64,000 nucleotides of DNA, taken from assembly GCA_019057795.1 (NCBI GenBank), contig JAHLWS010000073.1:32001-96000 (forward strand), in the 5' to 3' direction. Each line of letters starts with the position of its first letter. The stretch's first letter is position 1. Shown here piece after piece: positions 48,843 to 58,259 of the stretch. This DNA is from Promethearchaeota archaeon (GTDB lineage Archaea > Asgardarchaeota > Lokiarchaeia > Sigyniarchaeales > SOKP01). The position numbers and the translations under genes were made by a program. Under the pieces are notes generated by a model. It saw only the letters and a list, made by a program, of their open reading frames with translations. It was not told where the DNA came from and ran no database searches.

Positions 48843-49331
48843 ATGGAACAAAAACAAAAAAGATTAATAGAACTCAGGAAAAAAATCAATAAAAAACGAC
48901 CATCCTTTAGACGTGTAGAATCGTGGAGATATGTGAGAGTAAAAGATCCGTGGAGAAAGGCTAGAGGGATCGATTCACGAACTCGAATAAAATCTAAATC
49001 TGGTGTTAAATCTCCATCGATGGGGTATAGAGGGCCCAAAAAAGTTAGAGGACTTCATCCATCTGGGTATGAAGAAGTAAGAGTTGTCACTATTAACGAT
49101 ATAAAAGATTTAAATAACAAAAAACACGCACTTAAAGTTTCAAGTAAATTAGGTGTTAAAAAAAGAATAGCTTTAATTGATTACGCTCAAAGTAGAGGAT
49201 TTAAAATTCTTAATTTAGGAATCTCTCAAAAAGAATTAGAGGAATTAGAGGCAATGTTAGAGTCTTCTATTGAAGATTTGGACGACGAGGATTTGCTTGA
49301 CGATGAGGATTTGCTTGACGATGAGGATTAG
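48843..49331 (+). CDS. rpl32e: 50S ribosomal protein L32e with a repetitive acidic tail
   Basis: RPSFRRVES, WRKARGIDS and RGLHPSGY motifs. Confidence 0.95.
   Translation: MEQKQKRLIELRKKINKKRPSFRRVESWRYVRVKDPWRKARGIDSRTRIKSKSGVKSPSMGYRGPKKVRGLHPSGYEEVRVVTINDIKDLNNKKHALKVSSKLGVKKRIALIDYAQSRGFKILNLGISQKELEELEAMLESSIEDLDDEDLLDDEDLLDDED
49281..49328 (+). repeat. 18-bp coding tandem repeat (about 2.7 copies) encoding DDEDLL
   Basis: GACGA(C/T)GAGGATTTGCTT at 49281 and 49299, partial copy at 49317. Confidence 0.9.
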
Positions 49332-49372
49332 AAAGAATACCTATAATTAATAATAGATTTGTGTGATAAAAA

Positions 49373-49831
49373 ATGAGTTTAAAAGCCCAAAAAAGAATGG
49401 CTGCAGAAATTTTAAAATGTGGGGAAAATCGAGTTTATTGCGATCCCTATTTAATCGATGAAATTAAAATGGCAATTACTCGACAGGATATCCGAAATTT
49501 AATTAAAGAAGGAATAATTCAGAAAAAATATAAAAAAGGAAACTCAAAATATAGGAAAAATGTCCGCCACGAAAGAAAGAAAAAAGGTAGGGCTAGAGGA
49601 TTAGGCAAAAGAAAGGGAACTAAAGGCGCACGAACTCCCAAGAAAAAAGCTTGGATGAAACGCATTCGTCCTCAGAGACGAGAATTGAAGAAGTTGAGGG
49701 ATCGAAAACTAATTACTACAGCAACATATAGAAAGCTATACAAAAACGCTAAAGGTGGAATGTTTACTAGCGTTGCTCAAATGAACCGTCATATTAAAGA
49801 AAAAGATTTAATCAAGAGAGGTAGATCGTAA
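49373..49831 (+). CDS. rpl19e: 50S ribosomal protein L19e
   Basis: QKRMAAEILKCG, G.GKRKG..GAR and LYKNAKGG motifs. Confidence 0.96.
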   Translation: MSLKAQKRMAAEILKCGENRVYCDPYLIDEIKMAITRQDIRNLIKEGIIQKKYKKGNSKYRKNVRHERKKKGRARGLGKRKGTKGARTPKKKAWMKRIRPQRRELKKLRDRKLITTATYRKLYKNAKGGMFTSVAQMNRHIKEKDLIKRGRS

Positions 49832-50425
49832 ATGGCAAAAGGACCGAGATATCGTCGTTCTAATCGAAGGAGAGAAGAAGGTAAAACAAATTACCATAGG
49901 AGATTAAGGTTATTAAAATCAAAGAAGTTAAGAGTTGTAATTAGGGCTTCGAACAATCATATTATTGTCCAAATTATTCAATCTAAATTCGGGGGCGATA
50001 AGGTTTTAGTCTCTGCCCATTCTATGGAATTAACATCAAAATTTGGATGGAAAGCAAATACAGGAAATGTTCCAGCAGCATATTTAACTGGTTTTTTAGC
50101 AGGTCTAAGGGCTAAAAAACAAAATATTCATGAAGCTATTCTCGATTTAGGTGTCTTTTATCATAGAATTCGAGTACTTGCGGCTTTTAAAGGTATTTTA
50201 AAATCAGAATTAGAGGTACCCTATAAGGAAAGCTTCTTTCCAGACGATTTGGAGGAACGAATCACTGGGGTCCAAATAGAAAAATATGCTATTCTTCTAA
50301 AAAGTGAGAATCCAGAAAAATACGATCAAACTTTCTCAGGTTATCTAAAGAAAAATAAAATAAATCCATTAAAAATTAGTCAAATTGTTTCGAATACATT
50401 CAAAACAATTGAAAATAATGCTTAA
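49832..50425 (+). CDS. rpl18p: 50S ribosomal protein L18 (uL18)
   Basis: RRREEGKTNY and NVPAAYLTG motifs. Confidence 0.96.
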   Translation: MAKGPRYRRSNRRREEGKTNYHRRLRLLKSKKLRVVIRASNNHIIVQIIQSKFGGDKVLVSAHSMELTSKFGWKANTGNVPAAYLTGFLAGLRAKKQNIHEAILDLGVFYHRIRVLAAFKGILKSELEVPYKESFFPDDLEERITGVQIEKYAILLKSENPEKYDQTFSGYLKKNKINPLKISQIVSNTFKTIENNA

Positions 50426-50439
50426 AAAAGTGAGTTAAA

Positions 50440-51090
50440 ATGAGTCAACAAAGAAATCAAAGACAAAATCAAAGACAAAGAAAACCAAGAAACCCTACCG
50501 AAGGATGGGTTCCAAAAACGCGCTTGGGCGAATTGGTCAAAGAAGGGCTAATTACTTTAGAAAAAATATTTGCTAATAATCTCATTGTCAAGGAGAAACA
50601 AATTATTGACATTCTCCTCCCACAATTAAATGAGAGTGTGGTTTCTATCTCCATGGTACAACAAATGACTGCTAGCGGTCAACGATCTAGATTCAAAGCA
50701 GTTGTACTTGTCGGAACGGATGGCTTTATTGGCGTAGGCTCAGCAAAGTCAAGAGAGGTAGGACCGGCAATAAGAAAGGCAATTGATAGAGCAAAGCTTT
50801 CTGTTATACCCATTCTTAGAGGTTGTGGTAGTAAAGAATGTGGTTGTGGTCATACTCACAGCGTACCATTTAAGGTAGATGGAAAATGTGGTTCTGTGAA
50901 AATACGATTGATCCCGGCACCACAAGGAGTGGGGTTAGCTTGTGCAGATAAAGTTAAACAAGTATTAAAATTAGCCGGTATCGAAGATATCTGGAGTAAA
51001 ACTTTTGGCGATACTAGAACAAGCGAAAATCTTGTAAAAGCTACTGTTACCGCGCTTAAAAATGCTCACAAATTTAATTTCAATTTATAG
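50440..51090 (+). CDS. rps5p: 30S ribosomal protein S5 (uS5)
   Basis: WVPKTRLG, GQRSRF, LIPAPQGVGL and AGIEDIW motifs. Confidence 0.96.
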   Translation: MSQQRNQRQNQRQRKPRNPTEGWVPKTRLGELVKEGLITLEKIFANNLIVKEKQIIDILLPQLNESVVSISMVQQMTASGQRSRFKAVVLVGTDGFIGVGSAKSREVGPAIRKAIDRAKLSVIPILRGCGSKECGCGHTHSVPFKVDGKCGSVKIRLIPAPQGVGLACADKVKQVLKLAGIEDIWSKTFGDTRTSENLVKATVTALKNAHKFNFNL

Positions 51091-51097
51091 ATGATGA

Positions 51098-51643
51098 GTG
51101 GTGTATATGATGGCTGAAAATAAAGTTATAGTTAGAAAAAAATCTAAAATAAAAAAACCGAAACCTCCTGTCCTGTACTTCGCAGTTCGTATAAGAGGTG
51201 CACCAGGAATGAAACGCGTAATTTTAAACACATTGAAAATGTTGAGAATGCACAAGGTTAACCATGGAGTTCTTATTTGGGGTGAAGTAAGCTATGTTGG
51301 TATGCTTAAAAAATGTAAAGATTATATAGCTTATGGTGAAATAGACGAAAAAACACTGTTGAGATTATTGAGGGCAAGAGGGAAAGTAGAAGGAAATAAA
51401 CCACTCACCGACGAACATATTAAAAATCTAACTAAATATAAGGATTTTAAAGAACTTACTAAAGCTTTAATATCTGGAGAAATTCAATACAAAACGAAAG
51501 ATATATATAAAATTAAACCTGTTTTTCGATTGCACCCCCCAAGAAAAGGGCACCGCGGTACGATTAAAAAACATTATCGTGAAGGTGGCACCTTGGGATA
51601 TGTAGAGCAATATATTAATGAGATAATTCATAAAATGATTTAA
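51098..51643 (+). CDS. rpl30p: 50S ribosomal protein L30 (uL30, archaeal long form)
   Basis: AVRIRG, DYIAYGEI and VFRLHPPRKG motifs; real start probably a few codons downstream. Confidence 0.95.
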   Translation: MVYMMAENKVIVRKKSKIKKPKPPVLYFAVRIRGAPGMKRVILNTLKMLRMHKVNHGVLIWGEVSYVGMLKKCKDYIAYGEIDEKTLLRLLRARGKVEGNKPLTDEHIKNLTKYKDFKELTKALISGEIQYKTKDIYKIKPVFRLHPPRKGHRGTIKKHYREGGTLGYVEQYINEIIHKMI

Positions 51644-51664
51644 TTAGAAAGGTGAAATAAAACT

Positions 51665-52144
51665 ATGCGAAAATTCCCAAAAAGAGTTAGAAAAATGAGA
51701 GGGACCCGTACACATGGATATGGAAGAGTAGGGCAACATCGAAAAGCAGGCCAGAGAGCTGGAAAAGGTAAAACATCTCAATGGAAGAAAAGTAAAAAAT
51801 CCTATTATCTCAAGCAAAAAGAACTTGGGTTCCCAGACCCAGATTGGGATTTTGGAAAACAAGGTTTTAAAAGACCACAAGATATTAATCGTATTTATCA
51901 AGTAAACGCTCTAAATGTAAAAGATTTAGATTCAAAAATAGAGGAATTAACTAAAAATAACATAGCCTCAAAATCGGGAAATACTTATACGATTGATTTA
52001 AAAGATGTAAATATTCAAAAAATCTTAGGTCGTGGAGAAATTAATAAAAAAATTAATATTTCAGTTAGTAAAGCTTCAAAAAGAGCTATTGAGAAAATCG
52101 AGTCTGCTGGTGGAAAAGTAACGCTTCTTTCGGAAGCTAAATGA
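51665..52144 (+). CDS. rpl15p: 50S ribosomal protein L15 (uL15)
   Basis: RGTRTHGYG, FGKQGF, KILGRG and AIEKIESAGG motifs. Confidence 0.96.
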   Translation: MRKFPKRVRKMRGTRTHGYGRVGQHRKAGQRAGKGKTSQWKKSKKSYYLKQKELGFPDPDWDFGKQGFKRPQDINRIYQVNALNVKDLDSKIEELTKNNIASKSGNTYTIDLKDVNIQKILGRGEINKKINISVSKASKRAIEKIESAGGKVTLLSEAK

Positions 52145-52195
52145 TTAACTCATTAATATTTTTTACCTATCTTTTTTATTTTTGTTTATTAGGAA

Positions 52196-52858
52196 TTAAT
52201 CTAATAATTTTATAATTAGTTGAATTAATCCAGGTAATATAAATATAAATCCTAGAGTGTTTCCAACTAAATGAATCGTTGTAAATATAATACCAGAAAG
52301 ATAGGACGCGATAAAATATTCTATCGCAATAGAAACTATAAAACCACCAAATAAAGTGCTTAAAATATCATATATAAAAGTAATTGACGCACCTAAAACT
52401 CCAAGTATTAACATTATTTGAAAAACATACAAATCTTCCCTTGGCTTAAAATATTTTTTGTTCCATAAATAATCTCTCGTAAGCCCACCTAACGCTCCAG
52501 TTAAAGTATAATGCGCTAACTGGTAAAAGAAAAGTGGTGGCGGCGAAGGTCCGAATGGATTAAAAAAAGTAAATATGGTTGAACTTAACAACCCAACTAT
52601 GGCTCCTTCCTTTTTGTTCATAACGAAACCAGCTAAAAAGATCATCAAGGTAAAAATCTCAATGTTGGGAATATACGCCAACATATACCCCAAAACAACT
52701 GCCAAGGCTGAAAATGTACCTATTAACGCAATTCGAAAACTTTTTTTTTCTAACCAAACTGATTGATTAACTCTTTCAATTTCTTCGCTTACACTATTGC
52801 TTTCAAATGAGATGTGAGATTTTCCATGTTCTTTAGATACTTCTGAATCAATAACCAT
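52196..52858 (-). CDS. ECF transporter S component (CbrT-like, possibly cobalamin)
   Basis: IALIGTFSAL..V...IPNIE motif; about six TM helices; ATG 52858 has an AAGGA RBS. Confidence 0.75.
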   Translation of the reverse strand: MVIDSEVSKEHGKSHISFESNSVSEEIERVNQSVWLEKKSFRIALIGTFSALAVVLGYMLAYIPNIEIFTLMIFLAGFVMNKKEGAIVGLLSSTIFTFFNPFGPSPPPLFFYQLAHYTLTGALGGLTRDYLWNKKYFKPREDLYVFQIMLILGVLGASITFIYDILSTLFGGFIVSIAIEYFIASYLSGIIFTTIHLVGNTLGFIFILPGLIQLIIKLLD

Positions 52859-53352
52859 CTTAACTTTTATTCCTTCTTTGTTTGGCAAAATTCTGTTGAA
52901 GTTTAAATATTTCAAAACTATTTGTATTAAATTTGATTAATTAATTATTAATTTAAAATCTTATGAAATCAAATATTTAAAAATGCAGGGTTTACAAGAT
53001 ATTTTACTGAATTTTACATTGATCCAAGCAATATCCTCGAAAGAATCCCTCTATTAATATAAAACTGAGAAAAGAATTAATGAAATTCCTCTTAATTACA
53101 TTTTAATCTGAGATCGCCTATAGGAATCCTAACCTATTTGTTTCGAGCGCTATCCTTCATAAAACCTTTTAAAGTAATCACTCTAGATCAATTCTATCTA
53201 TAGTAGAAGGCGGGAATCCTGGCTAGGTTTTAACTGGTAAATTCATAATCTTTTTATTATATTTTAACTTTTAATTTTTAGGAAAAGATGGGATAAGTTT
53301 CCTAACATTTCTGTCAAATAATAAAAATAAAAAATTGAAAAAAATTGATCTT

Positions 53353-54168
53353 ATGAATAAAAAAAACATATTTCTTGGCATTTTCACCTCGCTATTGGTA
53401 TTTCAAACAATCTTTTTAGTCCTAACTCCGATTAGTAAAGCCGATACAGCAATTCCAGAAAATTTTTGCGGAAAATTAGATTTAAGTGAGGTTTATATTT
53501 ATAATGTATCTTCTTTTAATACAAGCAAGCCTCTTGAGTGGAGAGACTTAGATTGGATTCCAAGAGGTTTTGCCAATACAACTCCTGGAGGGCAGATACT
53601 AGTAAATTTCACTGGTTTTTACGATAAAGCTCCTAACGATGACTATAATCTTTTTGAAAGTCCAATATCATACATGGACATAGAGTTCAAGGAGAATAGA
53701 CTAGGCGTTCTTGTTACAAATACTACTTTCTACAATACTTCAAATGGCGAAGCAGACAATAATTTAGTTATAGGCTATAATAAATTTAAGTCAGGATTTT
53801 TAATTCCAATTAATAATTTCACTTACTTGAAACAACAAGCCTACGCACAAGATGAACCTCCATGGATGAATGCAACCGTTATCATCGAAGAGACTCAAAA
53901 TAGCATTACATTTGAATTTCATCAGAAAGGGGGATTACCTCAGAGAACCAAATCTATATACGATAAAATTTCAGGTCTTCTAGTTTACACAAATACTTCA
54001 TTTGGAAATTATACGCTTGAGATGACATTAACTAATCTACCTGACTTAACCACTGAACTTCCATTTATTTCTGCATACCCTACATTAATCATATTTACTA
54101 GCCTTAGTATAACAACAATAATCTTAATTCTCAGTGCAAAAAGAAAAACGAAAAAAAGCAAAAATTAG
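53353..54168 (+). CDS. Exported protein with C-terminal TM anchor and basic tail
   Basis: Signal peptide (..ISKA|D); many N-x-S/T sequons; C-terminal TM followed by KRKTKK. Confidence 0.7.
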   Translation: MNKKNIFLGIFTSLLVFQTIFLVLTPISKADTAIPENFCGKLDLSEVYIYNVSSFNTSKPLEWRDLDWIPRGFANTTPGGQILVNFTGFYDKAPNDDYNLFESPISYMDIEFKENRLGVLVTNTTFYNTSNGEADNNLVIGYNKFKSGFLIPINNFTYLKQQAYAQDEPPWMNATVIIEETQNSITFEFHQKGGLPQRTKSIYDKISGLLVYTNTSFGNYTLEMTLTNLPDLTTELPFISAYPTLIIFTSLSITTIILILSAKRKTKKSKN

Positions 54169-54216
54169 ATTTACAATAAATTATTATTTTTTTTTAAATT
54201 GTTTTTATTTTGAATC

Positions 54217-54642
54217 ATGGAAAAAAGGATTAAATATATTTTATTGATATTTATTGGAATATCTTGCTTTAGTTTACTATTTATTTTTAATACTATCCTA
54301 CTACAAAATCCAGAACCTCCTATTAATCAAGATAATGGAGAAAGAGATGTGAAACAGTACTGTGTTGAAAATATTACGCTAATAATTGATTATTCCGGTA
54401 TAAAACCTAATGAGAAATTTGAAAATATAAATTTGACTAATTATGAAACTACAGCATATCACCTTTTACTTAATTGTTGTGAAATTGTTATTATAGATTA
54501 TGGTTGGGGGGTATATATAAAAGAGATTAATGGTGTTGGAGTTGGTTGGATATATACAATTAACAACGGTGTGCCCCCGAGTATGCCAATAAATTATTTC
54601 AATTTATTAGATAACGATATTGTTAAATGGACACATGTATAA
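54217..54642 (+). CDS. DUF4430 (transcobalamin C-terminal-like) membrane-anchored protein
   Basis: YGWGVYIKEING..GWIYTINN...L.DNDIVKW motif. Confidence 0.75.
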   Translation: MEKRIKYILLIFIGISCFSLLFIFNTILLQNPEPPINQDNGERDVKQYCVENITLIIDYSGIKPNEKFENINLTNYETTAYHLLLNCCEIVIIDYGWGVYIKEINGVGVGWIYTINNGVPPSMPINYFNLLDNDIVKWTHV

Positions 54643-54682
54643 ATAAAAATCTAAAATGAGTATTTTTAACTTAACTAATAAT

Positions 54683-55120
54683 TTATGAAGTATGTAAATC
54701 TTTTGATTCAATTTTCTTAAGAACGGGCTCCATATCTTTAAAGGATTTACGGATTTTATGGAAATAATAACCCAATTTATATCCTTTGGAGCAATTGGTA
54801 AATAGCATGAAGTTATTGTCTGAATCTCCAACTAAAATAATAGTATAACCTTTTACCCCTCTAATTACAATTTCTCTTAAATCTCCTTGTCCCAAACCAC
54901 TACTAATTTTTTCTCCCAATGAAATTAATGTGGCAGGGCTCGCACTATAAATATCTGCTACAATATCAGCAGTTTCAGAGCTAGCTATTCTCAATCCCGT
55001 TTTTGATACGATTGCAGAACCCTCTAAATCTGTAGAACTTTCTAACTTCTCTAAGTTTTGCATAATTTCTCCCAATATTTCTGGATCGATGTTGATTTCT
55101 GATGTTTCAATTTTTTCCAT
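54683..55120 (-). CDS. Roadblock/LC7 domain protein
   Basis: LEGSAIVSKTGLRIAS...SA...LGE...LG.G.L.EIVIRG..GY motif. Confidence 0.85.
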   Translation of the reverse strand: MEKIETSEINIDPEILGEIMQNLEKLESSTDLEGSAIVSKTGLRIASSETADIVADIYSASPATLISLGEKISSGLGQGDLREIVIRGVKGYTIILVGDSDNNFMLFTNCSKGYKLGYYFHKIRKSFKDMEPVLKKIESKDLHTS

Positions 55121-55130
55121 TTTAACTACC

Positions 55131-56591
55131 TCACTTAATATTATTAATAATTTTCAGCAAATTTAAATCTTTTTTAGATTTCAAAGTGAAACTCCGTAAT
55201 TCTTTTAAAGCGATTGGGTCACCTTTTTTCAGGGTTTGGTCTTTTGTTTCAATCCCTACAATTACTAATCCTTTCGTTCCAAATGTACCAGTAATTTTAG
55301 TAAATGGGTGCTCCAATTTGCGACCAATGATTTTTTTAGCTCCTTCGTAGCTTTGGGCTAAACCGCTACAAACGATCCCTTGAGTATGTTCGGGGTTTTG
55401 AATAAATCCTTTCTTTATTTTAAACTTATACAATTTTGGAGGATCTTTAATTACGGTGATCAGTTTTGCTGCGCCAATTATCCTTAAAGTTGTCGGTGGA
55501 AGGTCCAATCGACTTAAAAGCATTGTATTTCTTTCCTTATTAATAAACACTTTTTCGTTTAACCATAAAAAGGCATTGTATGTATTTAAATCACCCGAAC
55601 TTTCTAATTGAATCTTTTTCCCATTTTTTTCATAATAAGGAAATAAGTTTCCCGTAACTGTGAACATCCCTATTGTAACATGCACTTGGGTCCCAAATTG
55701 AGTCTTAGGTTTGAATAATTTATTTTGTTTTACTCGAATATCAATTAGGTCGCAAAAGTCGAATGCTTTCTTATTATTTGTAGCGTAACAACCGCGATAT
55801 ACCTTCTTAATATCTAATCCTTTTATATTAACTCCAACTCTATCACCTGCTTTAGCTTCATCAACATTCTGGCGAAAAATTTGAATAGATTTGACTCTAC
55901 CTGAACTATTAACCGGGATCACATCTATATTCTGGTTTAGCTTTAACCTCCCCCTTAAGATTGTTCCCGTAATTACCGCTCCTCTTCCCTTTATTAAAAA
56001 ATGGTGATCAATTGGGATGATAACACTTCCTTCGTAATTTCTTTTAATATCAAAAGTTTTAACTTTCTCTAAAATTCCTTGCTTTAAATCTTCAAATCCG
56101 AGTTTTTTTTTTGCAGAAACCGAAAAAATAGGTATATCCGAACCATATGAGGTCGATCTAAAAAATTCTCTAATTTTCTTAACTTCTGCATCTAAATCTC
56201 CTTTAAATAAATCAATTTTGTTAAGTACGACTATAATATCTTTTATATCGAGCGACTCTATCATTATTAAATGTTCTCCAGTTTGAATCTGAGGGCCTTT
56301 AGTTATATCAATTACGATTAGAGCACAATCAATAATCTCCACTGAAGAAGCACTAATTTTAATCAAATCGGCGTGACCAGGACCATCTACTAAGGTGATC
56401 AAATATTCCTCTAAAATAAAACTCGTAAAACCTAAATCTATTGTAATACCCCTTTCCTTGCTCTGAGGATGAGCGTCAATTCCAGCAGTTGAAATAAACT
56501 CGCTTAAAACTGCGGCTACTGCCGTCTTGCCGGAATCTATATGACCAAAAAGACCGATATGGACGGGAATTTTCTTCTCAATTTTTAACAT
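55131..56591 (-). CDS. selB: Selenocysteine-specific elongation factor SelB/eEFSec
   Basis: GHIDSGKT, ERGITIDLGF, DGPGH, QTGEH and NKID motifs; archaeal/eukaryotic-type domain IV (GTFGTKG). Confidence 0.92.
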   Translation of the reverse strand: MLKIEKKIPVHIGLFGHIDSGKTAVAAVLSEFISTAGIDAHPQSKERGITIDLGFTSFILEEYLITLVDGPGHADLIKISASSVEIIDCALIVIDITKGPQIQTGEHLIMIESLDIKDIIVVLNKIDLFKGDLDAEVKKIREFFRSTSYGSDIPIFSVSAKKKLGFEDLKQGILEKVKTFDIKRNYEGSVIIPIDHHFLIKGRGAVITGTILRGRLKLNQNIDVIPVNSSGRVKSIQIFRQNVDEAKAGDRVGVNIKGLDIKKVYRGCYATNNKKAFDFCDLIDIRVKQNKLFKPKTQFGTQVHVTIGMFTVTGNLFPYYEKNGKKIQLESSGDLNTYNAFLWLNEKVFINKERNTMLLSRLDLPPTTLRIIGAAKLITVIKDPPKLYKFKIKKGFIQNPEHTQGIVCSGLAQSYEGAKKIIGRKLEHPFTKITGTFGTKGLVIVGIETKDQTLKKGDPIALKELRSFTLKSKKDLNLLKIINNIK

Positions 56592-56804
56592 TGAAATAAA
56601 AAGGAAAAATGAAATGAATCTATGATGTAATTTAATAATTATTTAAAATTAATATCTTTTAATATAAAAATATTAGAATAAATAATTTATTTTAATAAAT
56701 CAGAGAAATAAGTGTAATTATTGGACTCCAATAAAATTTAATTACAAATACAATATCATTTTATTATATCTTATTTTAAATCAAACCGAGAAGTGAGAAG
56801 TTAA

Positions 56805-57680
56805 ATGGCTAAATATTGTGTATATTGCGGCAATCCGTTGAAAAGTGAAGATAAATTCTGTATAATCTGTGGGAAGCCAGTTCTAGCAGGCGTAAAAAAG
56901 TCAGAAAAAACCGAGGTCGAGAAAGTTAAAGAATTCATTAAAGACAAGAAAAAACTTAGGGAAGAACCCGCTGAGGAAATTAATATAGAAGAAGCTGTCG
57001 AAGATAAGTCTGAAAAACCCGAAAAAAAAAGCAAAAAGAAAAAGGATAAAAAAGACGAAAAAGAAATTGTAGAGAAACCTCTCCCATTTGAAGTCAAAGA
57101 GCAGATGATCTTGAACATAGAATATAATGATACTCAATTAAATAAACAAATATTGCTTGAAAAATTAAAAGAACTTCAAAAATCTGTAAAAGATCCAAGA
57201 TACGATGTAGATCCAGAATATAAAAAAACGGTTAATATAAAACTCGAAGCGATTAAAACTTTAATAACTGAATTAAAACAAAAAGAAGGCGAATTAGAGC
57301 AAAAATTGGAGAAACCATTTATTGTTCAGAGAATTCAAGACGATATTGAAAAGAAAATCTTTCAATTAAAAAACCTGTCAAAAGAATTTAAATTACACAA
57401 AGTCGATAAAGAATCGTTTGAAAAGCTACGAGAAAAGTACAACCAAGCAAAAAAGGACCTCGAAACGGAGAAAAAAGATTTGACAGAAGGAATGAAACTT
57501 TGGATTAAGGAATTAAAAATGGAAAAAGCTGAACTCCAATCGGAGAGAAACTTAAACAAAGGACGATTTTCAGCAAAAGAAATTTCTGAAGACGATTTTA
57601 AAGCTAAAAGCAAAGCTTTTGATTTAAAACTTAAAAAAATTGATATAAAAATCAAGACTCTTGTAAATCTTACTAAATAA
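56805..57680 (+). CDS. Zinc-ribbon plus coiled-coil hypothetical protein
   Basis: CVYCG-x9-CIICG; K/E-rich heptad region. Confidence 0.7.
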   Translation: MAKYCVYCGNPLKSEDKFCIICGKPVLAGVKKSEKTEVEKVKEFIKDKKKLREEPAEEINIEEAVEDKSEKPEKKSKKKKDKKDEKEIVEKPLPFEVKEQMILNIEYNDTQLNKQILLEKLKELQKSVKDPRYDVDPEYKKTVNIKLEAIKTLITELKQKEGELEQKLEKPFIVQRIQDDIEKKIFQLKNLSKEFKLHKVDKESFEKLREKYNQAKKDLETEKKDLTEGMKLWIKELKMEKAELQSERNLNKGRFSAKEISEDDFKAKSKAFDLKLKKIDIKIKTLVNLTK

Positions 57681-57731
57681 TCAAAACCTAAATTTTTAAT
57701 TTATTTCGAATATTATAATATTTGATTTAAT

Positions 57732-57857
57732 ATGAGAAAAAAACTAATTGGTCTTATAATTTTTATAATTGCCTTATCTTTACTAACAATAGGGCTCATA
57801 AATAGCGATTATCTTAAAATTAATTCTCTTTACGAACTAATGAATTCTTTTACATAA
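57732..57857 (+). CDS. Small single-TM protein (41 aa), absent from the ORF track
   Basis: MRKKLIGLIIFIIALSLLTIGLINSDYLKINSLYELMNSFT*; fills the intergenic gap. Confidence 0.5.
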   Translation: MRKKLIGLIIFIIALSLLTIGLINSDYLKINSLYELMNSFT

Positions 57858-57874
57858 AAGCGGTTTATGTTAAG

Positions 57875-58186
57875 CTAATCCCAACGTTTCCCTTTACCTA
57901 AAGCAGCTGAATTTTCTAAAAAACCCTTCTTCTGGTATACCTTTTCTTGGGATTTTCTATATTTATTCGCGTCTCTATAATGTTTTTTACAGAGAAAAAT
58001 TTTATGTTGCCTATTTTCAAAAATTTTTAAATTTGCTTTCTCAACGTAAGTTTTCCATTTATTTTCTGAAAGCGATCTTATGGCGATCTCTCCACAGTCT
58101 CTCACTGAACAACTTTTTCCCTTACTTGCTGTTGCGCTAAGGTCTCCTTTCTCTCTAAGTTCTTTAGGTAACTTCAATTTTAACAC
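57875..58186 (-). CDS. Small archaeal Cys/His (putative Zn-binding) hypothetical protein
   Basis: CSV..C...A.RS...LCKKHY pattern; GTG/TTG start. Confidence 0.65.
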   Translation of the reverse strand: MLKLKLPKELREKGDLSATASKGKSCSVRDCGEIAIRSLSENKWKTYVEKANLKIFENRQHKIFLCKKHYRDANKYRKSQEKVYQKKGFLENSAALGKGKRWD

Positions 58187-58259
58187 TTACTAAAATTTTA
58201 TTAGGATTGAATATTATAATCTTAAATTAATTACCATCTTAAAATTTTTCCTAAAATTC

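Noticed and set aside
52920-53330. SRP RNA or RNase P RNA in the long intergenic region
   Set aside because: The SRP helix-8 motif (GNRA loop with AGCA) and the RNase P GAGGAAAGUCC motif are absent, and the GC content is too low.
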